The position numbers were made by a program, and so were the translations under genes. Shown here piece by piece: positions 1 through 14,010 of a stretch of DNA of 64,000 nt. Below the pieces are notes generated by a model. The model made no database searches and was not told the DNA's origin. It worked only from the letters and a program-made list of their open reading frames with translations. Positions within the stretch are counted from its first letter, which is position 1. Each line of letters starts with the position of its first letter. This DNA comes from Eledone cirrhosa. Taxonomy: Eukaryota. The stretch is taken from NCBI GenBank assembly GCA_964016885.1, contig OZ024743.1, positions 157,604,001 through 157,668,000 of the forward strand, given 5' to 3'.

Positions 1-10
1 AAATCTGCAA

Positions 11-106
11 GACGTATCTGAGGACGTTGCGATTTCAGAGTAATGTTCGATCATCACATCGATATGTGCCTCGAGCTAGTCGCCATAGAAACGATTGTAA
101 TATGTC
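11..106 (+). ncRNA. Type I hammerhead ribozyme motif with extended stem II, in a PLE pLTR remnant ending at (TA)n ~150
   Basis: GACGTAT-CTGAGGA-[long stem II, ...GCGA/TCGC...]-GAAA-CGATTG-TA-ATATGTC. Stem I is 7 bp and stem III is a near-palindrome (ACGAT(C/T)GT). Confidence 0.7.
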
Positions 107-149
107 CAATAAATTCCATTCGTCTCAACACTGATTCTCTTTTTTTGTG

Positions 150-191
<42 letters not shown>

Positions 192-464
192 ATATTCATA
201 GATGCATACGTACATAATTGAATTATTTTCTTTGTTTTTTCCATCACAACCAAGGGTGAATGTATAAAACATAATCGTTCAATGACGCATCATTTTTGTG
301 TCATGTTTGTGTATATTGAAGAGTCTAATTGATGAGTCTAGTTGTTGATTTTTTGATTATTGGTGGTATCGCTAAAAGGCATATCAGCAAATTGCTTGAG
401 AATGCTTTGTTTTCATGATACCCCTTTGCACATTGTTGATTATATACCAAAGAGAGGGAAAGCC

Positions 465-495
<31 letters not shown>

Positions 496-1618
496 CATTT
501 TAGAATGCTGGGGGAATCTCAGCAGAATCAATATCATATTTTGTACTCTATTCTTCGAGATAGTCGTAAAATTGAACAATTTCAAATGCAAAAGAATTGC
601 AGCATTGATACAAAATTACGAAACAAAATTGTCGAGAATTTTCCACATATGCAATTGGAGAAGAATAAAGACCATAGTCTCCTTGTAATAAGTTGTAAAG
701 TAGTTATAAATTATTATTATCAAATGCAGACAGAATCTTCTCCGTTTTACTTTTCCACCGAGCATTTTGCATGATACGACATTTGTGCTCTAAGTTACAT
801 TTCACTTCCGTCAACAATATTATTTTATAAATTATATATAAATAAATATATAAATATTATTAGTATATATATTGTTTATAGATTTCTAATATATAAAAAA
901 TTTCTTATAAAATGTTATATTTCCTTAATTACGTCCCTTATTTTATTAACTCCCTTTGTATTAATTCATTAACTTTTTCAAAATCTAACGGTTATTTTCA
1001 ACATGTTACTACCATTACAATCTTAAGGTTTCTTACAAGCTGATGTTTGGACTTTAACCGTAATAGAAATTGGTGTATTACTTTGAGGAATGTCAACTAG
1101 GATAATATTCAAACACCGATTATGGCACAACAACAAGAACATCGACTTTATAGAACATTGAAGTACGTTATAACCCATACAAAGGATTAAATGTTTGATT
1201 TATATATTTATTTGAACTTTACAACTCCATAGTTATTGCTTACACACGTCATAACTATAGATATTAACATTTTCTACATGAACCTTTTATGAAACCTCTT
1301 GCATAACATCGTTGCTTGTAACTAATTCATCATATAATGCTTACATAACATATATATGCATGATATCACTACACATCTGTCTTACCTTAATGCATACTAT
1401 TATTTACATTCTTTGTATGATATGCTTCATATATTGACTTTAAGTAATACTCTCTTTATAATACTTTTCAATATTTCATTGTAATATTATTTTGTTCAAT
1501 ATTATTTTGAAATATTATTTTGTTCAATATATTGTTACTGACACTATTAATTATAATGTATCTTAATGAATGTTCTAAGGATTAGGAATTTATTTATTTA
1601 TTTATTTTATCATTGTAT

Positions 1619-1665
1619 ATTCTCTGATGATCCTGACATTTGTCTGGAAGAAACGATCGTCAGCA
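1619..1665 (+). ncRNA. Minimal type I hammerhead ribozyme motif (PLE-type)
   Basis: CT-CTGATGA-TCCTGACATTTGTCTGGA-A-GAAA-CGATCG-TC-AG. Intact core, stem II hairpin and palindromic stem III ACGATCGT. Lies in an AT-rich stretch (~850-1810) that may be a decayed PLE 3' end. Confidence 0.75.
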
Positions 1666-1855
1666 ATTAAATGCATTAAACAAAAATTGGATTGTTTTCT
1701 ATGTTGTATTTCTGCTCTGTAATATTTCTGATATTTTACATTGAGCTAATTTTCTTACCGGTAACTGGGTAATACACAATATTACCCTTATCTTATTTAC
1801 GATTATATATAGATTATATATATGAGTATAAATATTATTATTATTATTATTGATT

Positions 1856-2020
1856 TTGGCAGTATTTGCAGCGAAGAGTTACGTCCCTTTATGGTCTGAG
1901 TTCAAATCCCGCAGAGGTTAACTTTGCCTTTCATCCTTAAAGGCGCGATAATATAAAGTACGAGTAATACACTGGGATAATTGCTGGCCTTGTGTCAAAA
2001 GTATAAACAATTATTATTAT
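1856..2020 (+). mobile_element. tRNA-derived SINE (octopod-type), internally deleted
   Basis: B-box GAGTTCAAATCC, body GAGGTTAACTTTGCCTTTCATCC and (ATT) tail; same family as the copies at 14-18 kb and 35-37 kb. Confidence 0.75.
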
Positions 2021-5000
2021 TGTTTTTATTTTCTTTCATTATTGTTTCTGAGATATATGCCGAGTGTCTTCCTGACACCTAGGGCAAATAAATTCACAGT
2101 GTGCATACTCACACATGCATCTTTAGTGTTTAGACTTGTGATGTACTTATATTGACAGAATCTTCCTTAGTATATGGGCAGTTCCCATTAGTACTATCTT
2201 TTGTATTTCTCCTATACGCGGGTTTCCTGGGATTTGCGATAAGTAATCATTAGACCCCTTAGGTATCATTCCCAGAGCGCCTACAACCACTGGTATTGTT
2301 TTAGTTCTTAATTTCCACATTTTTCCAATTTCTATCTCCAGGTCCTTATACTTGCTCAATTTTTCAAATATTTTTATAGATACATTCTTGTCTATTGGAA
2401 CAGACATATCAATTAGCACGCATACCCTCTTTTTAAAGTCCTTCAATATTATATCAGGTCTATTTGAATTTATTTTTCGGTCTGTTTGGATGCTAAAGTT
2501 CCACAAGATTGAGATGTGATCTTTTTAAAGTATGGGAGGTGGTTGATGCTCCCACCAATTCTTTTGATGGGGCAGTTCAAAATGCTTACACATTATCCAA
2601 TGTATGTATTGTGCAGCTCTGTCATGCCTGTTTAGGTATTCGGTTGGAGCTATAGGACTGCACATTGAAATTATATGGTCAATGGTCTCTGGTTGTTTTT
2701 TGCATACACGGCATAATGGGCTGCATCCATTTTTTATTATGTTGGCTTGGTAATTTTTTGTTGGCAGACACTGATCTTGTGCTGATATAATCAGTCCTTC
2801 AGTCTCCGATTTCAGTCCAGAGAATGCCAACCACCGACTGTTTAAAGTTTTGTCAACATCAGGATTGTTAGCTCGCTCTGGGTATTTTCCATACAGAGGC
2901 TTTTCTTGCCATTTCTTAGCCAGTTTCTGTAGCAGTTCTTTCTTTGCAGTTACTTTTACCTGCTTTGCTTTTTCTGTGTTTTCCATTTCAGCAGTAAATG
3001 GGACTTCTGAATGTGTAGTTCATTATTATATCTTTGTGCATCTTTTGTAATGGAATATGATCTTTTGATGCTTTCGTGTTTCAAAACGAGTTTGATCATC
3101 CAATCGTGTGATGCCTTAGATATGTAGATAATCCAATTGTTGCAGTTTTCAACGCAATGTCTAACTGGATTAACCCACGTCCTCCCTCTTTCCCAGGGAG
3201 ATATATTCTATCTATATCTGCCTTAGAGTGATGCATTCTGTGCATGGTTAAGAATTTTCTAATTTTTGTATCGAGCCTACGGATCTCTGTGCTTGACCAG
3301 TTGATGACATTGTAACTGTAGGTTACTACTGGTATGGCAAGCGTGTTTATGGCATCGATCCTATTCCTTGCATTCAATTCCGTTCTTAAGATTGCTCTTA
3401 CTCTGCGGTAACATTCCTTCCTTATCCTTTCCCTCATTGTCGAGTGCTTGATTCCGTCTCCTTCACAAACACCTAGATATTTGTAAGTTTTTTCTTGATC
3501 AAGTTCTCTTATCACGTTCCCCCGATCAAAATTAATGTCTGAACTCTTCAGCAGCTTTCCTCTGGTGAACGTTGCTTTGGCGCATTTATCTAATCCAAAC
3601 TCCATTTTAATGTCATCACTGAACTGCTCCACAGTGGATAATAGCCCTTGCAATTGTTCATCATTTTTTGCAAATAGTTTCAGGTCATCCATGTAGAACA
3701 AGTGATTAATAGTTTTGTCATAGACTTTATATACATGTTTTGTTTCATTGAGAATAAAAGCGGTGATAAAGAGTCACCCTGAAAAATACCACAATTAATA
3801 TTAACTTCTCCAGCTTCCAGTGATTTTGTTTCACTATTCAAAAGGAGTGTCGTTTTCCATGTCTTCATACTGAATGACAAAAACCTCCTGACAACGTGGG
3901 ATATTTTGAAAATCTCTAAACATTTTTCAATCCAACTGTGTGGCAAACTATCGAATGCTTTTTTATAATCTATCCAAGCAATCGATAGATTTTTGTGTCT
4001 ATTATGAAAATCTTCCAGTATCATTTTGTTAACCAAAAGCTGATCCTTACAACCATATGAGCCTCGTTTACACCCTTTCTGCTCAATGGGAAATAGGTCA
4101 TTTGTTGTCAGGTGGTCATATGTGTATTCAGTTAGGACTGAAGTTAAAATTTTATACATTGTGGTCAAGCAAGTTTTCGGTCTGTAATTTTTGGGATTGT
4201 TTGTCTCATCATTCTTCGGAAGCAGGAATTTAATGCCGTTAACTAGCCATGATGGTATCTTACCTGGCTCCTTAACTATTTCATTGTAAAGTTGGGCTAA
4301 CGGCTCATGAGACTCTGTGAAGGCATTTATCCAAAAGTTTTGTATTTTATCTTTTCCTGGGGATTTCCATTTGCTGGTTTTTCTTAGAGCCAAGCGCAAC
4401 TGTTCAACTGTTATATTTTCCCATATTTGTTCCTCAAGGTGAGCTGTATCTTTCATTTGTCTGTCTATCCATGGGGCATGTATGTTATGAACTTTTTCTT
4501 CGGCCCAGATCTTTTCCCAGAGTTCTTGCACTTCCTCCTTGGGTGGTATTGATTTAGCAGTTATTGTTGACTTACCAATTTTTCTGTAGAAGTTTCTTTG
4601 GTTATTTTTTAACATATTATTGTCCTTATAGAATCTAGATCGTTTTTCAAAGCGCCTTATACGAGCAGCTTTGGCCGAGATTTTTGCTTGATTATTTCTA
4701 TCAGCATGTCTATGTCACTTGTTGATTTTATACTGTACTTTCTTTTCAATTTTCTAAGTTTAGTTTGTTTAACACGTTCACCTACTTTATAGTTTGTTAA
4801 AATGTCTATGTCAGATCGGAGAAGGTTTATTTGGCGATTGTTGTTCTCTTGCCAAGAAGATTTCTTGTGGGAATTCCTTTGTTTTTTCATCTTCACTCCA
4901 CATAAGTGAGTGGTGACTTTAGCCGATGCATAATAGAGATGATTTAAATCAGTAATGTTTAGTTTTTTTGTGATGATAATGTTTTTGAGAATTATGTTAG

Positions 5001-5800
5001 TCTTGTGTATTATCTTTTGGTTCTGTTTGGAGTTCTGGATCTTAGGGAGGGTGTCTCGTTGCCCCATGTCAGATTCTTTCATTTTCATCCATTCGATCAT
5101 AATTTCATCCTTCAAGTTGGCAAGTTCATTCTCATTCATTTCTTTATCATTTACGATCTCATTATTTTCATTTGGAGTTTCATCTTGAGCATGCACTCCC
5201 TCCACTTTTTCGATCCTTTTTTTAATTTGTTCTGTTGCCAGTGATTCCGCCCCAACCCTGGGATTCGAAGTGTTACAATTTACCTCATTTTCACTGACAC
5301 ATGTTTCATTTTCCCTTCGCTGTCTTTGTGCTAATAGCTTGATCTGATCAATTTCTATATCAGTTAGTAACTTTTTTCTTACAGTATTTCTTCGTATATT
5401 GGCTAGTTTGTTACTGTCAATATAGCCTCTGTTTTCGGGATGTTTCTTTTTCCAGTTGATATATGTCTGTTCTGTATTCGATGTATTTGATGGGTAGTAC
5501 ATGGCAGTGTAGAAAGCCTCAAGGACTTCTTTATTATCTTCCCTTGTCCATTTTTCTCTCTTTTTCTTTGGATTTCTTGGTGGTGAGCATGGAGGGCCAA
5601 CAGTATGAGTATTCCGGTTATAGCTGATTTTTCGACCCCAGTCTGGTTCCTCTCTGAGGGACGCGGCCCTTTTTTACCCGGGTGACGGCCGATCCGGTAT
5701 GAGATTTTATCATTAGACATTTACTTTATTTTATCGCGTTTTATCCTTATCCGCCAAGGCGTAATCATTTCGTGTTACCACTTCTAGAACGAGTGTCAAC

Positions 5801-5802
<2 letters not shown>
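2021..5802 (-). mobile_element. R4/Dong-clade non-LTR retrotransposon (RT + CCHC + restriction-like endonuclease), near full length, frameshifted
   Basis: ORF pieces from 5720 to 2147 carry RT motifs (WKSPGKD, NYRP, EQKG, WIDYKKAFDS, GIFQGDSLSPLLF, YMDDLKL), CRVC..ETIDHIISMC and the RLE signature RPDI..IDMSVP..K.SKY. Both ends abut (ATT)n/(TAA)n, the known Dong target. Confidence 0.92.
2147..5720 (-). pseudogene. Disrupted single ORF of the Dong element
   Basis: Six consecutive minus-strand ORF fragments (5403-5720, 4657-5502, 3680-4615, 3096-3701, 2525-2986, 2147-2506) in the expected domain order. Confidence 0.88.
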
Positions 5803-5855
<53 letters not shown>

Positions 5856-5858
<3 letters not shown>

Positions 5859-6310
5859 ATTGTTCTTTGAGTCTCAGTCATTGATGTTAGTTAACTGGAA
5901 AGTTTGTTGAAATGAATACCAAGCCAATACCTGCATCCTCAGATATTCAGGACGTATCGGAGGGTTATTGCTGTTCCCAGCAAGCATACCTTTCGAAGCG
6001 TTCCAAAAAGCGTGGCGGGGCCAATTTTCTTTAACCATTCCTGGAAACTTTTTGAGATAGTACCTAGTGCGCCTATGACAATCGGGACCACTTTGACTTC
6101 ATGGCAGTTCCAAATCCTTTTTACCTCTCACTTTAAGTCCTCTCCTCCTTCTCTTGCACTCTCGAATGGCCAGGCCAAATCCACAATCAGGCACGATCAG
6201 AATGTGGTAAATTGTTTACTTTGCACAGGTGCCAGTGGATCACCCTGCCTATCACATCATGTCTCCAGCCCTTATAGTGAGTCTGGGCTAGGTGTTTACA
6301 CTTGGATACA
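5856..6310 (-). mobile_element. 3' fragment of a second Dong/R4 family, internally deleted
   Basis: Aligns by eye to 6345-6960 with two internal deletions; flanked by (ATT)n. Confidence 0.85.
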
Positions 6311-6344
<34 letters not shown>

Positions 6345-7877
6345 GTTGTTATTCCTTGAATCTCAGTCATTGATGTTGGTTAACTGGAAAGTCCGTTGGA
6401 TTGAATATCAAGCCACTACCTGCAGCCTCAGATATTCAGGACGTATCGGAGGGTTCTTGCTGTTCCAAGCAAGCATGCCTTTTGAAGCTTTCCAAAAAGC
6501 GTGAAGGGGCCGATTTTCTTTAACCATCCCTGGAAACTTTTGGAGATAGTCCCCAGTGCGCCTATGACAATCGGGATCACTTTGACTTCATGGCAGTTCC
6601 AAATCCTTTTCACCTCCCACTTTAGGTCCTGGTATCGGTTAATTTTCTCCCTCTCCTTCTCTTGCACTCTTGTGTCGAACGGGCAGGCCACATCCACAAT
6701 CAGACACGATCTTTTTTCTTTGTCCACAACCACCAGGACAGGTCTATTGTGTTCCAGTTTTTTGTCCGTCTGTATCCTAAAATCCCACAGCACCTTCACC
6801 TGATTGTTCTCCATCACCGCCTCTGGCCTATGCTCATACCATTTCTCAGAATGTGGTAAATTGTTTACTTTGCACAGGTGCCAGTGGATCACCCTGCCCA
6901 TCACATCGTGTCTCCAGCCCTTATGGTGGGTCTGGGCTAGGTGTTTACACTCGGACACAATGTGAGCCACAGTCTCCTCTCTCTCTCCACAGATCCTGCA
7001 CAGTGGGCTAGCCTCCTCCTTGTAAATATGGTGCTTCAACCACTTCGTTTTGAGGGCCTGCTCCTGCGCAGCCATTAGCATTCCTTCTGTAGCCTTTTTG
7101 AGGTCTCCTCTTCTCAACCAGTTCCATGTCTGTGGATCTCTAAATTCAGTTTTCTCAAAGAAGGTACTATGAAGGGATTTTCCGTTAAGGCTGCTCTTCC
7201 TCCTTGATGTTATTTCCTCCTTGGACATCCCCTGGCCTACTGTCCCCTCCTTCAGTACAGTTCTGAGCATTGGCTCCTTACTATAGGTCACGTATTTGTA
7301 TAGGTTGTTTTTCTCCATCTGAACACAGTCCTCTATGCTGATAAGACCTCTTCCACCCTCAGATCTCCTTAGGTAGAGTCTATCGACATCACTCCTCTTG
7401 TGGAACATGTTGTAGATAGTCAATAGCTTCCTAGTCTTCCTATCCATTTCTTTTTGTTCAGCAACATTCCATCTCAGAATTCCCGCACTGTACCTAATAA
7501 TAGACACAGCTCGGGAATTTACTGCGCTTATGGCATTTCTGCTGTTCAGATGTGACTTCAATACGCTCCTTACTCTTCGAATGTATTCAGTTCTTAACAA
7601 TTCCTTCATTTTTTTGTTCTTTATGCCATCAGCTTCCAGAACGCCCAAATACTTGTATCCTTCCTCAGAGTCAATTTCCTTTATCATCTCACCTGTTGGT
7701 ATCTGGATCCCGTTACTTCTGCTCAACCTACCTCTCCTCATCACAATGACTCCACATTTACCAATACCAAACTGCATACATATATCACTGCTGAAAATAC
7801 GGACAGTGTCAACAAGCACATCCAACTCCTTCTCACTTTTCCCGAAGAGCTTAAGATCGTCCATGAAGAGGAGGTGA
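6345..7877 (-). mobile_element. 5'-truncated R4/Dong LINE (second family); open 478-aa ORF from RT motif C to the RLE
   Basis: HLLFMDDLKL, YKYLG, GGRGL, CRICG..ETVAHIVSEC, RH, RP(D>V)LVV..IVDVACP..EKINRY; flanked by (ATT)n on both sides. Confidence 0.92.
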
Positions 7878-7915
<38 letters not shown>

Positions 7916-7917
7916 GT

Positions 7918-8180
7918 TATTGTTATTCCTTGAATCTCAGTCATTGATGTTGGTTAACTGGAAAGTCCGTTGGATTGAATATCAAGCCACTACCTGCAGC
8001 CTCAGATATTCAGGACGTATCGGAGGGTTCTTGCTGTTCCAAGCAAGCATGCCTTTTGAAGCGTTCCAAAAAGCGTGAAGGGGCCGATTTTCTTTAACCA
8101 TCCCTGGAAACCTTTGGAGATAGTCCCCAGTGCGCCTATGACAATCGGGATCACTTTGACTTCATGGTAGTTCCAAATCC

Positions 8181-8181
<1 letters not shown>
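7918..8181 (-). mobile_element. Short 3'-terminal copy of the same Dong family
   Basis: Near-identical to 6345-6607; bounded by (ATT)n. Confidence 0.88.
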
Positions 8182-8265
<84 letters not shown>

Positions 8266-8712
8266 GGCGACCTACGTAGTACATCGTATCATCGTGAGCT
8301 CCGCAAAGCTTTGTTATTTTCAGTTGTTTAAAATTACCATTTATGGAAAATTTTTATTGTTAACTGTATATAAGTGCACATATATTGATTTCTGAAAAGG
8401 ACACTCAAAAAGATTGGGGTCTTGGGCCCAAAATTTTAACTTTTTATAATTATCAAACAAACTAAATCATAGCCGACCCAGAATCACAAATTCCTCAAAA
8501 ACTAACACCTCACACCGACACCACCATTGTAAATATTACTACGTTTGCCAACACTAAAAATATAAGCAGTAGCAATATTTTAAATTTGTCTCAGGCAGAC
8601 ATTCATTTCCCGCCATTACCAATGACTGCAGGTGTTAAATCCGCCACCCCCACCCCCACACACAACGACAACAGAAACAAAAGAAAAAAATTAATTAACT
8701 CGTGATATCGAA

Positions 8713-9917
8713 ATGAATTCAACCAAAATGAACTCTTCCACACATAACACCACTGACGCCACCACCACAATAACTGAAACTGAAATTAACAATAACAAAA
8801 ATAACGATAACAGCAACAATGAAATTAAGAAAACCACCCTGAGTTTTGTCAGAGTAGCAAAACAGTGCGAAGCATTCCAGGTAACTCAGGAGGAATTAGA
8901 AGAAGCCAAAAAAAATGGTAAAGAAAGATGGGTACAGGGTCAGCCTCCCCCCCCCCTAATAAAATTGACCATCGGCGCCTATGCACCGTGTCTTATCGGA
9001 CGATTAGCATAAAATCACGCGGAGTGGAACGGGCATCCGAGTCCCAAATCCAAAAAGCTTTGGGACATGTGTGGGCAAAAAAAACCCACATCAGACGTGG
9101 GCAGAAATATGGAACCGTGGACGTGTTCTTTGAAACACCAGAGGAGGCTAGAGAACACTCCATGGCCCCATTAAGAAGTGACGACTTCACACTCGTCCCA
9201 AGCTATTGTGGCCAGAGACTCGTAAAGATCAGGGTGACCCACGTTCCACCGGCCATCGAAATTCCCTGGCTAATAGCTGCCGTCCTCGCCGGAATCGAAG
9301 CCAACACAAAGATAATCGAAATAGCGAAAGAAAAGCAGGAGAACTGGTCCGGATCTGGGATGGAGCTCCTGATCCAAGCGGACCAAAAAAACATTGAGGA
9401 GATCCCAGAGGTAATAGACCTCACTGACGGCAACCACCTCCCCGTAATCGTCGAGGGCAGAAGGCCTAGGTGTGTCGTTTGTGGTGAAGGAACCAACCTA
9501 AGGGCTTTCTGCCCTCAGGCTAAAAGGTTGAGGCCACCTCTCTTACCAACACCAGTGACTCAACCATCAACACCAGCAGCAGCAGAGATGGCAACAACAA
9601 CTGTAGCAGCAACAACAAAAACAACTGTAGCAGCAACAGTAGCCAAACCAACACCACCACCACCCACCGCGCCAGATTTAGTACCAGCGCCTCCACCATC
9701 CAACACGCCACAACCAAAACCAACGCCTGTGCAGGATTTTCCACTTCCCGACCTATCCCAACTGGATACAGATTGTGACGATGAGAAGGAGAGTGAAATG
9801 GTATCAGGAAAAGAGAAAAAGAAAAAAGAACCCCAAAAAGAAAAAAAATCCTCTTTCTTTGCCCTCCAAAAACAAAATACAGGGGGAAACAAAGAAACTA
9901 ACAAACAAAAAAGTTAG
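8713..9917 (+). pseudogene. Tx1 ORF1 (gag-like) with zinc knuckle and Pro/Thr-rich tail, frameshifted near 8950
   Basis: EGRRPRCVVCGEGTNLRAFCP is a CX2CX4(H>N)X4C knuckle in the usual L1/Tx1 ORF1 context. Confidence 0.75.
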
Positions 9918-10438
9918 GACAGCTATGCCACCATCCACACCAGCATGACCAACCCCATCGCCACAAACACCAACCCCATCACCACAAACACCAACACCAT
10001 CACCATCATTAACCCCAACACTATATCACCAACACCACAAAAGTCACCAAAAAGCGAAACAGAAACAAACCCACAACAAACGCAAACAAAAATAACAACC
10101 AAAACGATACACACTACACAGCAATAAATTTGAACAACAACGAATTATTACACACATCCAACACAGCACCAGCATCACAGAAAAAGACTACACAACACCC
10201 CAAATATTCACACCACCTCCACACATACAAATCACTCGCATCACACGAAAAACGTACACGACACTAAAACAAAAATTTCCCAAAGACATCGGAGACTTCC
10301 GACAAACACTCTCCAGGAAGATTTATAACGACATCCTTACGGGGGACGCCACAAGGAGTGAGAAGGATGGAAAACCATCCTCCCTGTACGAAAAGTGAGG
10401 TAAGTGGTCTTTCCCATCTTTTTCCACTCCTTTTCAAC

Positions 10439-13400
10439 ATGACCTCACTCAGAATAGGCAGCATAAATGCACTTGGCTTGGGTTCGTCATGGAAGCAGGG
10501 CCACCTGCTCAACGACCTCAGGTCACTAAACATAGATGTGGTGGCCATCAGCGAGACCAGAATCTCCGAAAACAGGGCCTTTGCACCGATCTTCGGCAGC
10601 TACGATGTGTAACGCATCTCCCAGCCGTCAGGGATCGGGAGGAGGAGTTGCTGTGCTTTTTCGGAGAAGTTTGGATCCTGGACCCAGAAGATAAGTTGGT
10701 GGTGCTGGAGGTGACCAGCGGAGACGGGCAAGCTTTAAGGCTAGTGGCCGTCTATGCCCCGACAGGAGCAGGGCAGCCTGTTTTCTTCGGGCGTCTGGAG
10801 ACTTTTCTTGGAACGTCCCTCTCTTTAGTATTAGTGGGCAACTGGAACGGGATCTTAGATGCACGCTGGGATTGTGTGGGATTAGCGGATAGGAGAGGAG
10901 GGTGAAAGAGCCTCACCAACCTGCTCAGGCGTTTTGAACTGTCTGACAGGTACCGATTGGATTTCCCGAATGTGCCAATGTGGACTTGGACAAACCGCAT
11001 AGGGTCATCCAGATCATATCTAGATAGAGTATTTTGTAGGGAAATAGATAGGTCTAGCATAGGCTGTCCACAATTCAAGATAGTCAGCTACACGGAACAC
11101 GAATTTGTGATCTGTGTGCTTGACTTAGATAGGCTTCGTAGACAAGGACCCGCCTAATGGAAGCTGAACGTGTCATTAACAGCGCGCAAAGCCTACAGAG
11201 ACCGGATTAGCGAACTAGTTAAGCAGGCGTTGACGGGTGCCATCGTCAACAACAAATAGTGGTTTGCTCTGAAAAGAGCGATTAGAATAGAGTCCATTAA
11301 GTTTAGTAAGGCTTTCAAATAGAGAAATATAGAGCAGACGGAGAACTAGTTAGAAAATTAGACAAGGCGCTTAGCAAAGGCATCGCGACAGACGTACTTG
11401 CCGCGAAATTGGCCCTTGACCAATTCTTCAATGCAAAGCACGAAAGCTGCGTTGTCAGAGCTAGGGTGCGTGCTCTCAGACACGCGGGGACGAAAGCCGT
11501 TCAATGGGCCCGAGTGGCGGTGGCGCATCGTGGAAACAAAGCCACGATCAGGTCTTTGGTGGATCACGACGGGCGCATGCTACTCGATCCTTTTCAGCGA
11601 CACTTTGCTTAGCTGTTCGGGACCGGATCGAGGGATGGACTTTAGTGTATACCTCGACAGACTGCCGCGGCTCTCGGTCACTGAGGCGGAGTGTTGCGAA
11701 AAGCCGATAACAGCCGCTGAAGTACGGGAGGCAATGACTAGCTGCACAAGGGGTAAATCGCCTGGTTTGGATGGTTTGCCTTATGAACTTTACATACATA
11801 TACCAGACTTGTTCGGAGGCCTCCCGGCCGACGTCTATGGCAACTGGCAACTGGCAACAGAACGGGAGAATTCCCAGCTTTTGCTGAGAAAAGATCCGAA
11901 CAAGGGGGATAACATAGATAATTTCAGACCTATAACTCTGTTAAACACAGAGTTCAAGATTTTGGCTAAGGTGCTAGCAAAAAGGTTGGCGCTTGTCGTT
12001 AGAGGTCTGGTGGGAGAGGCACAGACATGCGCCATTCCCGACAGATCCATCCACGACAACCTCCACCTTATGCGATACATCATGGAGAGGATAGCTAGGG
12101 AAACTGGCACGGGTGGGTCCTTGATCAATTTAGATCAGTCGAAAGATTTCGATAGGATCGACCATCGTTATCTGACAGAAGTCCTGACGGCGGCTGGCTT
12201 TGGGCCCGTCTTCAGAGGCTGGATCGCTGTGACATGCACAGCGACATCTGCTCTGTGGTGAGAGTGAACGGTCACCTTCCGGAACCGTTCAACATCATGC
12301 GCTCGGTCCGCTAAGGATGTCCCCTCACGTCCTTCTTGTACGTATTGACTCTCGAGCCATTACTGCAAAAACTGGAGACGTTTAGGGGTGTCACACGCGA
12401 ACTAGGATGCGGAAGATCCGTATCAGTATATGCAGACGATGTCACCGTAGTGGTGTCGAACGCCAAACACATGGAGGCGATTGGCACTACACTAAGAGAA
12501 TACGAAGCGGTGACAGGAACAATGATCAACCAGGAAAGTCGGTAGGCCTGCAGCTCGGCAGCTGGAGAGGCAGGTCCATGCCGTCCAACAGCGTCGTCGG
12601 ACGCTGGAGGGACGGACCTTTAAATTGCTAGGGGTCTGGTTCGGTCCGGACCTCCAAACGGATAAAAACTGGGACGAAGTGACGAGCAGGGTGGCTTCTC
12701 TCACCCAGAAATGGGCGGAGAGGAAGCTATCTCTGAAAGGTCGAGCGGAGGTGGCTAACGCGTACATAGCGTCCGTCATCTACTACCGCCTGACCGTCGT
12801 GCCATGTCCTAACCCTCGCCTGACTGCGCTGGAGCGTTTGCTCTTTCGCTTTTTGTGGAAGGGACGCGATCAGATGGTCAGTCGGTCCATCTACTATCAA
12901 CACTCACTACGTGGAGGGCTGGGCATGCCGTGGCTGATGATGCGCAGACACGCGCTCAGGCTACGACATCTCCACCTCTTCCTCGACGGTGATCAGGTGT
13001 GGTCACCGTTTTCTAGACACGTCTTTCCCCAGCTCGTCTCCTTGACGGAGCTGCAGTCCTGGGTCAAGCGAAGACCGAGAGGGAGCGCTTGGAGACTGAA
13101 ATGTCTTCAGGCGCTCAAAGCCCTCGTCCAATCAGGCAATGTGATCGGTGGAAACTCAACATTGGCGTTTATAGAGGATAAGTGGAGGGGAAGAGTGACG
13201 ACGTACTTGAGGAAACTCTAGGCGTCGACGAAAATCAACTAGCCAATCTCTTCGGAAGAACTTTCGGGCCGGGGCCTAGGACAACTTCCAGAAATCCCTG
13301 GCCTGGCAGTACTACCGAGGAGCTCTGCCATTTCGGGATAAACTCTACAGGAATGGAGGTGCCGTCAACCGGGCATGTCCGAGATGCGCGCAGGGCGACG

Positions 13401-13755
13401 AAACCGTCCTGCACACACTCGTCCAGTGTCCGAGCATTGCTGACTTGTGGCTTTATGTCGAACACCTGATGTCGTGAGTATTTCCCCGCCCTCTTCCTTT
13501 AGCCGGGAAGGACAGGCAATGTTTATCTGTCTGGTGGCCATGGCAAAAGAGATAGTATGGTGCACGCGTTTGAAAGGGCTGAAGACGAGCACTTACTTCT
13601 TCAGTGATGCCCTGATTAACTTTTTCAAATTTCATTTAAAAAGGAAAATCAGGGTAGAGAGAGAATTGCCCTCTTCCCAGCATTTTGTTGAAAGATGGGT
13701 GAGAGAGGCAAGAATGGCCCATGTGAATGGGCCTACTCTGAGTATGTGCCTGTAA
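10439..13755 (+). pseudogene. Tx1 ORF2 (APE endonuclease + reverse transcriptase), multiple stops and frameshifts
   Basis: MTSLRIGSINALGL..., LSLKGRA..N, GGLG and the other motifs listed for the element. Confidence 0.88.
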
Positions 13756-14010
13756 ATTGAAGGTGGAAAACTGGGAGAGGGCACTTGCCCTGGTGGTCAG
13801 GGTCACCGTGGCTTTTTTTTAATGGGTTTTCTCCACGAATGTCCCTCGGAAGTCTCCCCACTATTGGGGAATTTTTTATTGTTTCTTTTTTGTTAAATCC
13901 TCTGTTTTTTGTTTTTTTACACGCAGAAATGCCCACTTGTACCGTCCTGTATTGTCCTGTACTGTCCTTAATGTCTACTTTGTGTAAACACTTGTGGTTA
14001 ATAAAGAAAG

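Noticed and set aside
5755-5800. Possible ribozyme at the Dong 5' end (CTAGAA-GTG GTAA CAC-GAAA on minus)
   Set aside because: The core does not match CUGANGA or UUGANAA and stems I/III do not form; no HDV-like fold was found by eye.
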